A stretch of DNA of 64,000 nt from Spirochaetia bacterium (GCA_963675665.1 OY776510.1:3232001-3296000); one strand, 5' to 3'; shown: positions 1-11,485, counted from the first letter of the stretch. Notes: generated by a model not told the origin, from the letters alone. A program made the numbers and translations.

Positions 1-294
1 AATGCTTCAATACCGTCGGATTCCGAGGCTGTTTTTATTCTTAGAGATTTGCTGCCGGTATCTCTGGTCCTGTACCGTAAAAATATAACCGGGATAGAAA
101 TTCTTGCAGATTATGCAATTCCCTCATACAGGGATATGAAAAACGCACAGTTCTTTTTCGGGAAAATTGCCGAAACAATAACTGATGCCGAAGGTGTGTT
201 CACAACAAATCCTGGAAGCAGTCTGCACAACAGGTACCTGGAAAAAATCGGATTCGTTTTTTCCGGCGATAAAAAGCTGTATATTAAAGATTGA
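1..294 (+). CDS. 3' part of a gene running in from before the window (C-terminal domain resembling YgjV-associated/GNAT-like proteins)
   Basis: Frame open from base 1 to TGA at 292-294; motifs 'LADYAIPSYRD' and 'HNRYLEKIGF'. Confidence 0.5.
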   Translation, partial: NASIPSDSEAVFILRDLLPVSLVLYRKNITGIEILADYAIPSYRDMKNAQFFFGKIAETITDAEGVFTTNPGSSLHNRYLEKIGFVFSGDKKLYIKD

Positions 295-308
295 GGTGAT
301 TACAGATA

Positions 309-1985
309 ATGGAAGGCTCAGAAGTTTTTGACAAACTTGTTCGCGAACTTGATCCGATTGAACGAAAAGCACTGCTCGACAAACTTACCCCGGATGAGGT
401 TTTTGAATCGGAACCTCTTGTCAGGAAAGATCCCGAGATAGAGATAGATCTGGAAAAAGAATATTACTCACTGGGGTTTCTCAGCAGAATTATTATATTT
501 TTCAAGGTTACCTTCGGAAAAGAGGATAAATTTCAGCTTACCGAAGAAATTGTGCTAAAAAGGATGGAGCGCGAAATTAAAAAAAATGCAGGTGAGATAC
601 TTTCTTATGCAAAAGGCATACTGAAACAGGGCCTTATGGAGGAAATTGAAAAACTGCATGAATCAGTATCATTTTTTTATGAAGTTGTTAATACAGCGAC
701 CGGAGCAGGAAGGGGAGAATTCCTGAATTTTCTCGGAAGCCTTCAGATACCCATTATTCATCATCAGCTTCTTCTCGATACGGATTTTTTACGGACAGAG
801 AAGAAAACCGGCTTATACAACCCCTCTGACGTCAGAAAAGAAGTTATGCTTAATGTTGAGACAAATCTTGGAAAGATTACCGGTGAACTTCGACACTCCA
901 TGTATATGCAGTCCAAAACAATTTTTATTATGGGTGAAATAGTAAAATATGATTTTGCAGGTCTGGAAAATCTTTTTGTTGTACAGGATGATAATAATGA
1001 AAAGGTCTGTTATTTCGGCGATGCCAGAACAAGACTTGAACGGCTGACCGATTTACTCTTTTCATTCAAAATATCGCCGGACAAACAATTGATGGAAGCA
1101 CTTTTTCTGTTTCACAACAGTTCCATGAAGGCAAGCGATGAAGAAGCAATAAGCGGCGAACTTAAGGCTTTTCTGTCCTCTGCAGGCCGGCATATGACGG
1201 TATTGAAAAAATTCAATCAGAAAATGCAGCTTGCAAGGATAATGAAACTGGTTACCGGAAATATTGATTATAAACCTACTCTTTTATCAGGCGGTGAAGA
1301 CTGGTTTAATTTATATTCACGCTACTGGCAGAATGTTGCCGAAAGCAGGTACAGAAAGTACAGTGCGGAGAAAAGAAAAAACAAGATTTACCAGGATATG
1401 CAGATGTATTTCAAGAAAGACAAATTGCCTGAACTGGAATACTATAATTTGTCGTATAAATACAGCTGCGGGTTTCTGAGCCTTTTTCTGCGTGAACAAT
1501 TCACTTCCGGCATGAATGAGGTACTTAAAAAAATACTGGTAGACGGAAAATTCTACAAAAAAAGCAACAAGGAAGATTTTACTGATTCATACAGCAAGCT
1601 TCTCGGGTTATATGAAAAACTTAAGGTCTTTGATGAAAAGAATTCTCCGAAAGGAGAGTACGGATTAAAAAAAGATGATATTAAAAAAGAGATGACGTCA
1701 GAATCCGTCAGAGAAAAGCGTATTGCGGCAATAGAAGAAAACATGGATTCTGAGGCTCTTGATATTATTCGGACAGGACTTGAAGGACTTCTGCTTTTAA
1801 AAAATGTTCTATACGGTATTCTTCACGGTAAAGCCGGAGGTCAGTATGACAGTCTGACAAATCTCAATAAACTTATTACAATTGAAAGCCGTGATTTCAT
1901 TATAGATCTTAACACGGTCTATTCAAATATTGATGATGCGTACAGACTTCTGGGTGATATCCTCTCGCTTGAAGAAGAGGAATAA
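309..1985 (+). CDS. Spirochaete-specific DUF5312-family protein
   Basis: 558 aa with RBS GAGGTG; motifs 'GGEDWF', 'DGKFYKKSNKEDFTDSY', 'GGQYDSLTN'. Confidence 0.65.
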   Translation: MEGSEVFDKLVRELDPIERKALLDKLTPDEVFESEPLVRKDPEIEIDLEKEYYSLGFLSRIIIFFKVTFGKEDKFQLTEEIVLKRMEREIKKNAGEILSYAKGILKQGLMEEIEKLHESVSFFYEVVNTATGAGRGEFLNFLGSLQIPIIHHQLLLDTDFLRTEKKTGLYNPSDVRKEVMLNVETNLGKITGELRHSMYMQSKTIFIMGEIVKYDFAGLENLFVVQDDNNEKVCYFGDARTRLERLTDLLFSFKISPDKQLMEALFLFHNSSMKASDEEAISGELKAFLSSAGRHMTVLKKFNQKMQLARIMKLVTGNIDYKPTLLSGGEDWFNLYSRYWQNVAESRYRKYSAEKRKNKIYQDMQMYFKKDKLPELEYYNLSYKYSCGFLSLFLREQFTSGMNEVLKKILVDGKFYKKSNKEDFTDSYSKLLGLYEKLKVFDEKNSPKGEYGLKKDDIKKEMTSESVREKRIAAIEENMDSEALDIIRTGLEGLLLLKNVLYGILHGKAGGQYDSLTNLNKLITIESRDFIIDLNTVYSNIDDAYRLLGDILSLEEEE

Positions 1986-1993
1986 ACTGAAGG

Positions 1994-2713
1994 TTGCAGA
2001 TGAATGAAATAACTGAACTCTATAATGAAGCAGAAAGCAGGCTTCTGATAACAAATATCAGTGCGGGATCGGTAGGCCGTTCATATGAGACGGAGCATCC
2101 TGGCAGAAAAAGACTACTCATAGATTTGGGATTAATTCCTGAGAAAGTAAAATTCGTCAGACAGACGCATTCAAAAAAGGTAATAGATGCTTCAGAGCAC
2201 TCATTTAGTCCGCTGACGGAAGCCGACGGAATAATCGCCGGCAATTTAAAGGAGGCAATTGCAATAACAGTTGCTGACTGCATGCCTGTTTTTCTTCATG
2301 ATAAAAAGCGTAATGTCCGCGCATTGCTTCACAGCGGCTGGAAGGGGACAGGAATAGCCCTCGAAGCGCTTGAACAGATGCGCCGGCGATACGGAAGCAG
2401 CCCGGAAGATGTAACGGCCGTTCTCGGCCCGGCAATCGGCAGCTGCTGTTATAATGTAGACAGGCAGCGGGCTGAAGTATTCAGGGCTGAATGGGGCGAT
2501 GATGCTGTTGTCTTCAGGAACGGCGAATATTATCTGTCGCTTGAGAACGCCAACAGGGTAATGCTGTCGCGGGCCGGGGTTAAAAATATTATATGTTCAG
2601 GCACCTGTACCGCCTGCAGCCCGAATTTCGGGTCTTTCAGACGAGAGGGTCCCGATAACTACACCCTGATGTTTGTGCTCAGTACTGCTGTTGATGGAAG
2701 TCCTCTTGAATGA
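1994..2713 (+). CDS. pgeF: Polyphenol oxidase/purine nucleoside phosphorylase YfiH/PgeF family
   Basis: QTHS, 'ADG', 'TVADCMPV', 'HSGWKG', 'GPAIGSCCY', 'SFRRE' motifs; start may be ATG 2000. Confidence 0.85.
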   Translation: MQMNEITELYNEAESRLLITNISAGSVGRSYETEHPGRKRLLIDLGLIPEKVKFVRQTHSKKVIDASEHSFSPLTEADGIIAGNLKEAIAITVADCMPVFLHDKKRNVRALLHSGWKGTGIALEALEQMRRRYGSSPEDVTAVLGPAIGSCCYNVDRQRAEVFRAEWGDDAVVFRNGEYYLSLENANRVMLSRAGVKNIICSGTCTACSPNFGSFRREGPDNYTLMFVLSTAVDGSPLE

Positions 2714-2792
2714 GTGCCGATAATGTGTAATTATCTAGGCTCAAATCCAGTTGATAATAACATCAGATAAATTATTTTCGGAGGACTGTTTA

Positions 2793-4559
2793 ATGACTGC
2801 TTTGAAAAAAAACTGGCAGGAATATATTTATAATGCAATAAAAAATGCGGCTGACAAGGCCGGCATAGATGCCGGTATCGATGCTCCGGACAGTATAATT
2901 GTCGGCAATCCGCCGAAACCCGGGATGGGTGATTTTGCTTTTGCAATGTTTCCGTTTGCCAAAGCGTTCAGAAAGGCCCCCCAGGAAATCGCTGCCATGG
3001 TTGTGTCCGAACTTCAAAACAGTCCTGCAGCGGCCTCCGGCAGTTTTACAACAGCCGGGCCGTATGTGAATGTTAAAATTGAAATTGCTGCTGCTGCAGA
3101 CGAAATTCTGGAAACAGTCCTGAATAAAAAAGAGCAATACGGAAACGGTGAAAGTCTTGCCGGTAAAAAAATAATGGTTGAGTTTTCTTGTCCCAATACA
3201 AACAAGCCGTTGCATCTTGGACACCTTAGAAACGACTCAATAGGGGCATGTATTTCAAGAATACTGAAGGCTTCCGGCGCCGACGTAATGAAGGTAAATC
3301 TCATAAACGATCGCGGAATTCATATTTGCAAATCAATGCTTGCATATAAAAAATTCGGCGAAGGCTCTACTCCGGAATCAACCGGGATGAAAAGCGATCA
3401 TTTCGTCGGCGATTATTATGTAAAATTCGACCGCTGGGCAAAAGAAGACGACAGCGCGCTTGCTGAAGCACAGAAGATGCTGCAGGACTGGGAGTCCGGG
3501 GATGAAGAAACAACCCGTCTGTGGAAAATGATGAATAAGTGGACTATCGACGGAATAGAGGAAACCTACAAGGCAACCGGAATAAGCTTTGACAAGTTCT
3601 ATTACGAGAGTAATACGTATTCGGGCGGAAAAGACGAGGTTATGAAGGGCCTGGATGACGGTATTTTTTATAAAGAAGAGGATAATTCGATATGGGTTGA
3701 CCTGTCGGATATTAATCTTGATAAAAAAGTTCTGCTTCGTGGTGACGGAACTTCACTCTACATGACCCAGGACCTGGGTACGGCAATTGCCAGACACGGC
3801 GACTGGCCCTTCGACCAGCTGATATATGTTGTAGGGTCGGAGCAACAATATCATTTCAGGGTACTGTTTCATATCCTGAAAAAACTTGGATATCGCTGGG
3901 CTGATGATCTCAAGCATCTTTCTTACGGTATGGTTAATCTTCCGGACGGCAAGATGAAATCGCGTGAAGGAACTGTTGTCGATGCGGACGACCTGGTTAA
4001 ACAGCTTGCCGGACTGGCCAGAGAAGAGATTGAAAATAAAGATCGGGCCGGTGAAGTCGGGGATATTGATGCTACATCACATGCCATAGCGCTTGCGGCG
4101 CTGAATTATTATCTTCTTCAGGTTTCACCGTCAAAAGACATGATTTTTAATCCGTCCGAATCACTATCTTTCAATGGAAATACCGGACCCTATCTTCAGT
4201 ATATGGGCGCCAGAATATCAAGCATGATACGAAAATTCGATGAAAAACACATTGAGTTTGAAGGAATAGAGGCGGACACTTCGCTTCTGAAGGTTGAGGA
4301 TGAAAAAGAATTGATTAAAATGCTGATATCGTATCCCGAGTCGGTAGAGCAGGCTGCTGAAGAGCTGAATCCTTCATGTATAGCCTCTTACCTGTATGAC
4401 CTGGCAAAAATATTTTCCCGTTTTTATCATGATAACCCTGTTCTTAACAATAAAGACAAGGTCGTTGCCGTTACACGGATGAAATTATCGACTGCTGTCC
4501 TTCAGGTATTGAAAAACGGGTTCGATTTAATAGGTATCCCGTTTCTTGAGAAGATGTAA
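2793..4559 (+). CDS. argS: Arginine--tRNA ligase
   Basis: 'EFSCPNTNKPLHLGHLRN' HIGH motif, 'KMKSREG', 'GNTGPYLQY', C-terminal 'LEKM'; RBS GGAGG at 2780-2784 before ATG 2793. Confidence 0.97.
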   Translation: MTALKKNWQEYIYNAIKNAADKAGIDAGIDAPDSIIVGNPPKPGMGDFAFAMFPFAKAFRKAPQEIAAMVVSELQNSPAAASGSFTTAGPYVNVKIEIAAAADEILETVLNKKEQYGNGESLAGKKIMVEFSCPNTNKPLHLGHLRNDSIGACISRILKASGADVMKVNLINDRGIHICKSMLAYKKFGEGSTPESTGMKSDHFVGDYYVKFDRWAKEDDSALAEAQKMLQDWESGDEETTRLWKMMNKWTIDGIEETYKATGISFDKFYYESNTYSGGKDEVMKGLDDGIFYKEEDNSIWVDLSDINLDKKVLLRGDGTSLYMTQDLGTAIARHGDWPFDQLIYVVGSEQQYHFRVLFHILKKLGYRWADDLKHLSYGMVNLPDGKMKSREGTVVDADDLVKQLAGLAREEIENKDRAGEVGDIDATSHAIALAALNYYLLQVSPSKDMIFNPSESLSFNGNTGPYLQYMGARISSMIRKFDEKHIEFEGIEADTSLLKVEDEKELIKMLISYPESVEQAAEELNPSCIASYLYDLAKIFSRFYHDNPVLNNKDKVVAVTRMKLSTAVLQVLKNGFDLIGIPFLEKM

Positions 4560-4637
4560 AGAGCCATGCATCTTGACTCGAGGACTGTGATTATGGTATA
4601 TAATGGTTCACATTAAATTTGTATTAAGGTTGGATAA

Positions 4638-4949
4638 ATGTACGCACTGGTTGAAATTAAAGGAAAACAGTACAAAGCGGAAAAGGGCAGCCTGCTTCAG
4701 GTTGATAAGATAGAAGGTGAGAAAGGCGACACTGTTGAATTCGATTCAGTATTGATGCTCAGTGGTGATGATGTAAAAGTCGGTACCCCTTATGTCGAAG
4801 GAGCCAAGGTAAAGGTTACTCTTGAAGAACAGACCAAAGGCAAGAAAGTAAAAATCTTCAAATTTAAAAGAAGAAAAAACTACAGCCTGAAAAAAGGTCA
4901 CAGACAGCAGTACACAAAAGTACGTGTCGAGGAAATAACCGGAGCCTGA
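4638..4949 (+). CDS. rplU: 50S ribosomal protein L21
   Basis: 'MYALVEIKGKQYK', 'KGHRQQYT'. Confidence 0.98.
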   Translation: MYALVEIKGKQYKAEKGSLLQVDKIEGEKGDTVEFDSVLMLSGDDVKVGTPYVEGAKVKVTLEEQTKGKKVKIFKFKRRKNYSLKKGHRQQYTKVRVEEITGA

Positions 4950-4950
4950 A

Positions 4951-5280
4951 TTGATTAATATCTGGATTGGCGTTGATAACAGCGGCAATCTGCGATCAAT
5001 AAAGGCTGAAGGGCATTCAATGTCGGCCCTGAAAGGCAGCAACATCGTCTGTGCGGCGGTTACATCGCAGCTCAGAAGTGTTGTGAGGGTCATGGAATCC
5101 GCCGACGGTTGTCAAAGCAGTATATCTGCGGAGCATGACGGTCAGCTTGCACTTGAAATAATGTCTTGTAACGACAACAGGTGGCTTGCGGGCGTGACCG
5201 ATGTGCTTCTTGCAGGGCTGATTGAGATTGAACGGGATTTTCCGGATGAATGTAAAATTGAACTGATTAAAATGAATTAG
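4951..5280 (+). CDS. prp: Ribosomal-processing cysteine protease Prp (DUF464)
   Basis: 'GH' and 'IVCAAVT' catalytic motifs; lies between rplU and rpmA; TTG start. Confidence 0.85.
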   Translation: MINIWIGVDNSGNLRSIKAEGHSMSALKGSNIVCAAVTSQLRSVVRVMESADGCQSSISAEHDGQLALEIMSCNDNRWLAGVTDVLLAGLIEIERDFPDECKIELIKMN

Positions 5281-5290
5281 GGAGTTTATA

Positions 5291-6534
<1,244 letters not shown>

Positions 6535-6539
6535 TTACA

Positions 6540-7130
6540 ATGCAAAACAAGATTTCTACTGTTATTATTGGAGGCACTTTTGATCCGGTTCATATCGGAC
6601 ACATGCATATTGCAGATGAGGTTCAGAGGGCTTTCCATTCCGACCTTGTAATATTTGTGCCTTCATATATTTCAGCCCATAAAACCATGAAAAAAGCTGC
6701 CGCTTCCCAGCATCGTCTGCAGATGCTGAAAATTGCATGTCGAAAAATAAATGTGGAGATAGAAACATGCGAGATTGACCGAAAGGGAATATCGTACACC
6801 ATAGATACAATAAGATATATAAGGAAAAAGTATAATCTGAAAGAGAAACCCGGATTGCTGATCGGTGATGATTTGGCCGAAGGTTTCAACAAATGGAAAA
6901 CCCCCGAGATGATTGCGGAAGAAGCTCAGCTGATAGTTGCCTGTCGTGATCAGAGAGATGAAATTGATTTCGGATTTAAACATTTCAGGGTAAATAATCT
7001 TATGCTTAATATTTCCTCAAGTGAAATAAGACGAAGATTGTCGGAAAACCTCGCCTGCAGGTTTCTGATGCCGGACGGGGTATATGATTATATAAGAGAA
7101 AATGAATTATACGGAGACCTCAATGCCTGA
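6540..7130 (+). CDS. nadD: Nicotinate-nucleotide adenylyltransferase
   Basis: 'GGTFDPVHIGH', 'SYTIDT', 'ISSSEIR'. Confidence 0.95.
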   Translation: MQNKISTVIIGGTFDPVHIGHMHIADEVQRAFHSDLVIFVPSYISAHKTMKKAAASQHRLQMLKIACRKINVEIETCEIDRKGISYTIDTIRYIRKKYNLKEKPGLLIGDDLAEGFNKWKTPEMIAEEAQLIVACRDQRDEIDFGFKHFRVNNLMLNISSSEIRRRLSENLACRFLMPDGVYDYIRENELYGDLNA

Positions 7131-7710
7131 AATCAGGGATATCGAAGTTTTTATAAAAAAGAACCTCAGTGAGAAAAGGTACATGCATTCCAGGCGGACG
7201 GCCGAAACTGCCGAAAAACTCTGCGCGCTTTATGGCTATGACACGCAAAAAGGAAGAATTGAAGGCTTATTGCATGATATTGCAAGGGAAAAAAGTGTTG
7301 AAGAAGTATTGAGTCTTGTTAAAGGCGACGGCATTCCGGTAAGCAAGATTGAAACTGATTATCCGGTGCTTTTGCACGGACGGGCAGGTGCCGTAATAGC
7401 AAAGAATGATCTGGGCATTAATGATGAGGAAATCCTTGAAGCTGTCAGGTGGCACACTACGGGAAAAAGGGGAATGACAGGGCTGACATCGATTCTGTAT
7501 GTTGCTGATTATATTGAACCCGGAAGAGTGCATATTGATAATGAATTCAGGAAAAGGATCAGGGAGCTTAACCTGAATCAATTGGTAATGGAAGTTGTCA
7601 GAAGCAGCATTGCGTACTGCAGAATGAAGGGCTATTCAGTTGCTGAACATACCTTTATGTTATATCATGAGCTTGAGAAGAAGGTAAACGGAATTGAAGT
7701 CAAAGTTTGA
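7123..7710 (+). CDS. yqeK: Ap4A hydrolase YqeK (HD domain)
   Basis: 'RYMHS', 'LLHDIARE', 'LLHG', 'HTTG', 'ADYIEPGR'; RBS GGAGA before ATG 7123; follows nadD. Confidence 0.9.
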   Translation: MPEIRDIEVFIKKNLSEKRYMHSRRTAETAEKLCALYGYDTQKGRIEGLLHDIAREKSVEEVLSLVKGDGIPVSKIETDYPVLLHGRAGAVIAKNDLGINDEEILEAVRWHTTGKRGMTGLTSILYVADYIEPGRVHIDNEFRKRIRELNLNQLVMEVVRSSIAYCRMKGYSVAEHTFMLYHELEKKVNGIEVKV

Positions 7711-8902
7711 ATTTGATAAAAGTATAATTATTCTGATTGCAATTGCAGTAGTCGCAGCAGCAGCGGCTGTTTTTATTGTAAGAAGCACCAGAACAGATCG
7801 TCTTACCGAGATGATTGAAAACAAACAGGATATCAATATTATTTTTCTTGTTCATGATAAAGAGAAACTCCTTTTCACGGAAATCCTGTTTTACAATACC
7901 GGCACAGGAAAAGGTGCTTTGCTTGATATCCCCGGTGAAACCGGCGTTATCATCGAGAAACTCGGAAAGATCGACAGAATAGATAAATTATATAATGCAA
8001 GAACGCCGGAAGAGTACATTGCAGCCGTTGAGAATATGATAGAGCAGGAGATTAATTTCTATTTTCAGATTGATTTAAATGATTTTATCGCAATGGTGGA
8101 TATCCTGGGCGGTCTTGAAATGTTTATAGATAACCCGGTTGAAATTATTGACGAAGAGCAGATTGCTTTACTTCCGTCAGGAAGCATAACACTTGACGGA
8201 AATAAAGCCGAAACTTTTATTACATATTATGACCCGGATGAAAATGAAATAGAAACAAGCGGTAGGCGTGAAAAGACAATACAATCCATACTTAAAGCCT
8301 TTCAGAAACAGGGTGAAATGCTGACTGCCGACAGAATGTTTCCTTTTTTCAATAGAACAATTGAAACGGATGCCGACAATTCCTCTTTGAAAGCCTTTAT
8401 AAAGGAAATGGTTAATCTGGATACAGAGAGAATCGTTTTTCAAAGGGTTCTGGGCGTCAGACGAACCGTAGATGAGCAGGAGCTGCTTTTCAGTCATTAT
8501 GACGGCAACCTTCTTCGTGAAACAGTCAGGCAGACAATATCATCTCTTGCAAATATTGATGTGGTAAGCGATGATGAACTGAACGTCACAATAGAAATAC
8601 TGAACGGAACAGCAATAAACGGCCTTGCATCGAGGACGTCGCAGGTTTTTCAAAGTTTCGGTTATGATGTAGCGCATATAGGTAATAATGATGATAATGA
8701 TGTTGACAAGACAGTTGTTATAAACAGGCGCGGTGATATAATGCAGGCCCAGCGTATTGCAAGTATTATTAAATGTTCAAATATTGAGACGTCATCGCCG
8801 GATGAGGAAGTTTTTGACGAGGTTCTCGGAGAACTGGCCGAAGAAATTGATTTAACTATAATCTTGGGAAAGGATTTTGATGGAAGATACTGTAAAGAAT
8901 AA
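7694..8902 (+). CDS. LCP (LytR-CpsA-Psr) family protein with LytR_C domain
   Basis: N-terminal TM helix, 'VDILGGLE', C-terminal 'IEILNGTAINGLA' and 'TIILGKDF'. Confidence 0.85.
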   Translation: MKSKFEFDKSIIILIAIAVVAAAAAVFIVRSTRTDRLTEMIENKQDINIIFLVHDKEKLLFTEILFYNTGTGKGALLDIPGETGVIIEKLGKIDRIDKLYNARTPEEYIAAVENMIEQEINFYFQIDLNDFIAMVDILGGLEMFIDNPVEIIDEEQIALLPSGSITLDGNKAETFITYYDPDENEIETSGRREKTIQSILKAFQKQGEMLTADRMFPFFNRTIETDADNSSLKAFIKEMVNLDTERIVFQRVLGVRRTVDEQELLFSHYDGNLLRETVRQTISSLANIDVVSDDELNVTIEILNGTAINGLASRTSQVFQSFGYDVAHIGNNDDNDVDKTVVINRRGDIMQAQRIASIIKCSNIETSSPDEEVFDEVLGELAEEIDLTIILGKDFDGRYCKE

Positions 8903-9257
8903 AAAAGACGCAGATCAACAGGTGTTGGATACAGCTGTAGTACTGGAAGAACATAAAGCTCAGAACATTGCTGCAATCAATATAAGTGAATTAAACAGCT
9001 GGACTGATTATTTTATTATTGCAACTGTAACCAGTCAGGGGCATATGCGCGGTTTACTCAGAAACCTGAGAGCATATCTTAACGAACAGGGTATCGAATA
9101 TAAAAACAGATACAAGCATATTGATGATTATTCCTGGCTCTTTATTGATTGCGGCTTTATGGTTATACACCTGATGGATGAAGAAACCAGGGAATTCTAT
9201 GATCTCGAGAAATTGTGGTTTAACGGCATAAAGGTTTATTCGTCGAAATCTTCGTAA
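8880..9257 (+). CDS. rsfS: Ribosome silencing factor
   Basis: 'DYFIIAT', 'WLFIDCG', 'IHLM', 'REFYDLEKLW'. Confidence 0.93.
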   Translation: MEDTVKNKKDADQQVLDTAVVLEEHKAQNIAAINISELNSWTDYFIIATVTSQGHMRGLLRNLRAYLNEQGIEYKNRYKHIDDYSWLFIDCGFMVIHLMDEETREFYDLEKLWFNGIKVYSSKSS

Positions 9258-9532
9258 TCAAACCCGCTGTCGTAATCGAGTTCTTCATCTTCTTCGAAAT
9301 CGTCAAAATCATCGGAATCGTCTTCAAATGTTTCATTTAAGATTTCATCGTCGATATCTTCTTCCAGCTCATCTTCATCATCGATAATCTCTTCTTCATC
9401 GAATTCGTCGTATTCTTCGTCGTACTCAGAATCGTAGTTGTCAAAGTTATCTTCATAGAAGTCGTCATCATCGTGATAACGATCATCAAAATCATCATCA
9501 CCGGCGTAGAAATAACCTTTTCCTCCTGACAT
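9236..9532 (-). CDS. Hypothetical hyper-acidic protein (98 aa, about 55% Asp/Glu)
   Basis: RBS GGAGA before ATG 9532; own TTGACA-N18-TAGACT promoter; 22-nt convergent overlap with rsfS. Confidence 0.75.
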   Translation of the reverse strand: MSGGKGYFYAGDDDFDDRYHDDDDFYEDNFDNYDSEYDEEYDEFDEEEIIDDEDELEEDIDDEILNETFEDDSDDFDDFEEDEELDYDSGFDYEDFDE

Positions 9533-9562
9533 CGCACTCTCCAAAAAAATGTTTACAATAAC

Positions 9563-9592
9563 AGTCTAAGTAGAAGCCTAAGCAGTTGTCAA
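9563..9592 (-). promoter_or_regulatory. Sigma70-type promoter for the acidic ORF
   Basis: TTGACA (9592-9587), 18 nt, TAGACT (9568-9563). Confidence 0.6.
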
Positions 9593-9613
9593 CATATTTC
9601 AACAGTAAATATA

Positions 9614-10081
9614 CTAATTTGTCAATCCTACAAATAAACCTATATCACCAAATTGTCCGGATATCTTAATGATTGCGGTAGAACTGTACGAATTCATGCT
9701 GATAAATATATTGTCGCCTTTTATTATCGTTGGCGGCGTAATATCAGTATCAAGATTGTTTTCAGAAAGTTTAATTGTAGTACGTCCGCCAAGCTGATTT
9801 AATAGTTCTGCAAAAGTTTCCCTGAACATCGGATCCGTATGGTTGATGTTCTGCTCCATTCCCATATTGCTGAAAAGCTCCTGAACAAGTCTTTCTGCTG
9901 TATCAAGCCGTGCATACAGAATCAGGTGACCGTGTACCTCACCTGCAATACCTATTGTGGCAGTGATATTGGTTTTATCAAAAGACACGGAATCTGAATT
10001 CGCTGCAATACTGCTGAGGCCGTTTTCCCTGAAAACTTCTTCACAAGCTTCTTCTATAAGAATTATGTTGCTTTCACTCAT
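9614..10081 (-). CDS. cheX: CheX-family chemotaxis phosphatase-like protein
   Basis: 'IGIAGEVHG', E-x-x-N motif 'ELLN', 'DITPPTIIKG'; start taken at ATG 10081. Confidence 0.75.
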   Translation of the reverse strand: MSESNIILIEEACEEVFRENGLSSIAANSDSVSFDKTNITATIGIAGEVHGHLILYARLDTAERLVQELFSNMGMEQNINHTDPMFRETFAELLNQLGGRTTIKLSENNLDTDITPPTIIKGDNIFISMNSYSSTAIIKISGQFGDIGLFVGLTN

Positions 10082-10161
10082 AACCGAAGTATAAAAAAAA
10101 GCCCAAAGCAATGCAAGAATAATAAACATTAAAAACAAAAATTATCAGCAATTGGCTCTGA

Positions 10162-10189
10162 TTGACAGTATCAATTTTATCAGTATAAT
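10162..10189 (+). promoter_or_regulatory. Consensus sigma70 promoter for the ispE operon
   Basis: TTGACA (10162-10167), 16 nt, TATAAT (10184-10189). Confidence 0.75.
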
Positions 10190-10200
10190 ATTCTGACATT

Positions 10201-11082
10201 ATGCATAAGCGTTGTATCCTGAAAGCTCCGGCCAAGCTGAATTTACATCTTCAGGTCGGAGATAAACGAAGTGACGGGTTTCATGATATTATGTCGCTTT
10301 TCATAATGGTTGATATCTATGATGATATCGAAGTTAGTTCTTTGAAAACAGGAAATGATTGCAGGATAATCGGAAGCTTTGATTGTGCTTTGAAAGATAA
10401 TCTGATATATCGGGCATGGAAAGAATTTTGTAATATCTCCGGTATTACCTGCGGAGCAGAATTCATTGTTGAAAAGCGAATTCCAAGTTTTGCAGGCCTT
10501 GGTGGTGGTTCTTCTGATGCGGCAGCGGCATTGACAGCATTAAATATGCTGTTCGAATACCCGTTAAGTGATGATGAACTGATTGAGACGGGAGCCCGGG
10601 CAGGAAGTGATGTGCCGTTTTTTTTATCCTCGGCAGCTGCGGTTGTAAGCGGCAGAGGGGACGAGGTTGAGCCCGTAACGGATATTAGGACCCTTGATTT
10701 TGTGGTTGTTAACCCGGGAATTGAAGTTTCTACATCGGAAGCCTATGCATGGCTGGATAAACAGGAACTGAAAAGAGCCGGATTCAAAACTGGTAATGAG
10801 ATCAGCAGGATATTCAATGGAGATCTGAAGGGATTTGCAGAATACACGAATGATTTCGGGGTTGAACTGGAAAAACGTTATCCGGTGTTTAATGAAGTTT
10901 TTGATCAGCTGTATGAGAACGGTGCAGTTTACTGCAACGTTAGCGGAAGCGGTTCTGCTGTATATGGACTGTTTGAAAACGAAAATACGGCCGGATTCGC
11001 AGCAAAATCGCTGGAAAATAGATATAAATTCGTACAAAAAATAAAATCGCTTGATAGAATTCCATATGCCATATTAGAATAA
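10201..11082 (+). CDS. ispE: 4-diphosphocytidyl-2-C-methyl-D-erythritol kinase
   Basis: 'APAKLNLHL', 'AGLGGGSSDAAA', 'GSDVPFF', 'SGSGSAVY'. Confidence 0.96.
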   Translation: MHKRCILKAPAKLNLHLQVGDKRSDGFHDIMSLFIMVDIYDDIEVSSLKTGNDCRIIGSFDCALKDNLIYRAWKEFCNISGITCGAEFIVEKRIPSFAGLGGGSSDAAAALTALNMLFEYPLSDDELIETGARAGSDVPFFLSSAAAVVSGRGDEVEPVTDIRTLDFVVVNPGIEVSTSEAYAWLDKQELKRAGFKTGNEISRIFNGDLKGFAEYTNDFGVELEKRYPVFNEVFDQLYENGAVYCNVSGSGSAVYGLFENENTAGFAAKSLENRYKFVQKIKSLDRIPYAILE

Positions 11083-11117
11083 CAGTGCCTGAATAATGTA
11101 CAAGCAAGGAGAGGTAT

Positions 11118-11408
11118 ATGGACATTACAGATATCCGTATTCGGAGGGTCAGTGCAGATGGTAAATTACGCGCTTATGTAACCGTTACATTTGAAGACTG
11201 TTTCGTTATTCATAATGTTAAAGTTATTGAAGGAAAGAACGGAGCATTTATCGCTATGCCAAGCAGAAAGACGAAGACCGGAGAATACAAAGATGTTGCA
11301 CACCCTATAAACTCTGATTTTCGAGGGCTTCTCCAGAAGAGAATACTTGAGGAATATGAAAAATCACTGGAAGATGATTCTACAGTGATGATAAATTCTG
11401 AAGAGTAG
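11118..11408 (+). CDS. spoVG: SpoVG nucleic-acid-binding protein
   Basis: 'ITDIRIR', 'FIAMPSRK', 'YKDVAHPI'. Confidence 0.96.
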   Translation: MDITDIRIRRVSADGKLRAYVTVTFEDCFVIHNVKVIEGKNGAFIAMPSRKTKTGEYKDVAHPINSDFRGLLQKRILEEYEKSLEDDSTVMINSEE

Positions 11409-11485
11409 CTGACCGATTTTAAAAAAATAAAGTTATCCTCATTAAATTAGGTTTTTCTGATATCATTACCTGAGCAAAAAAAGAT

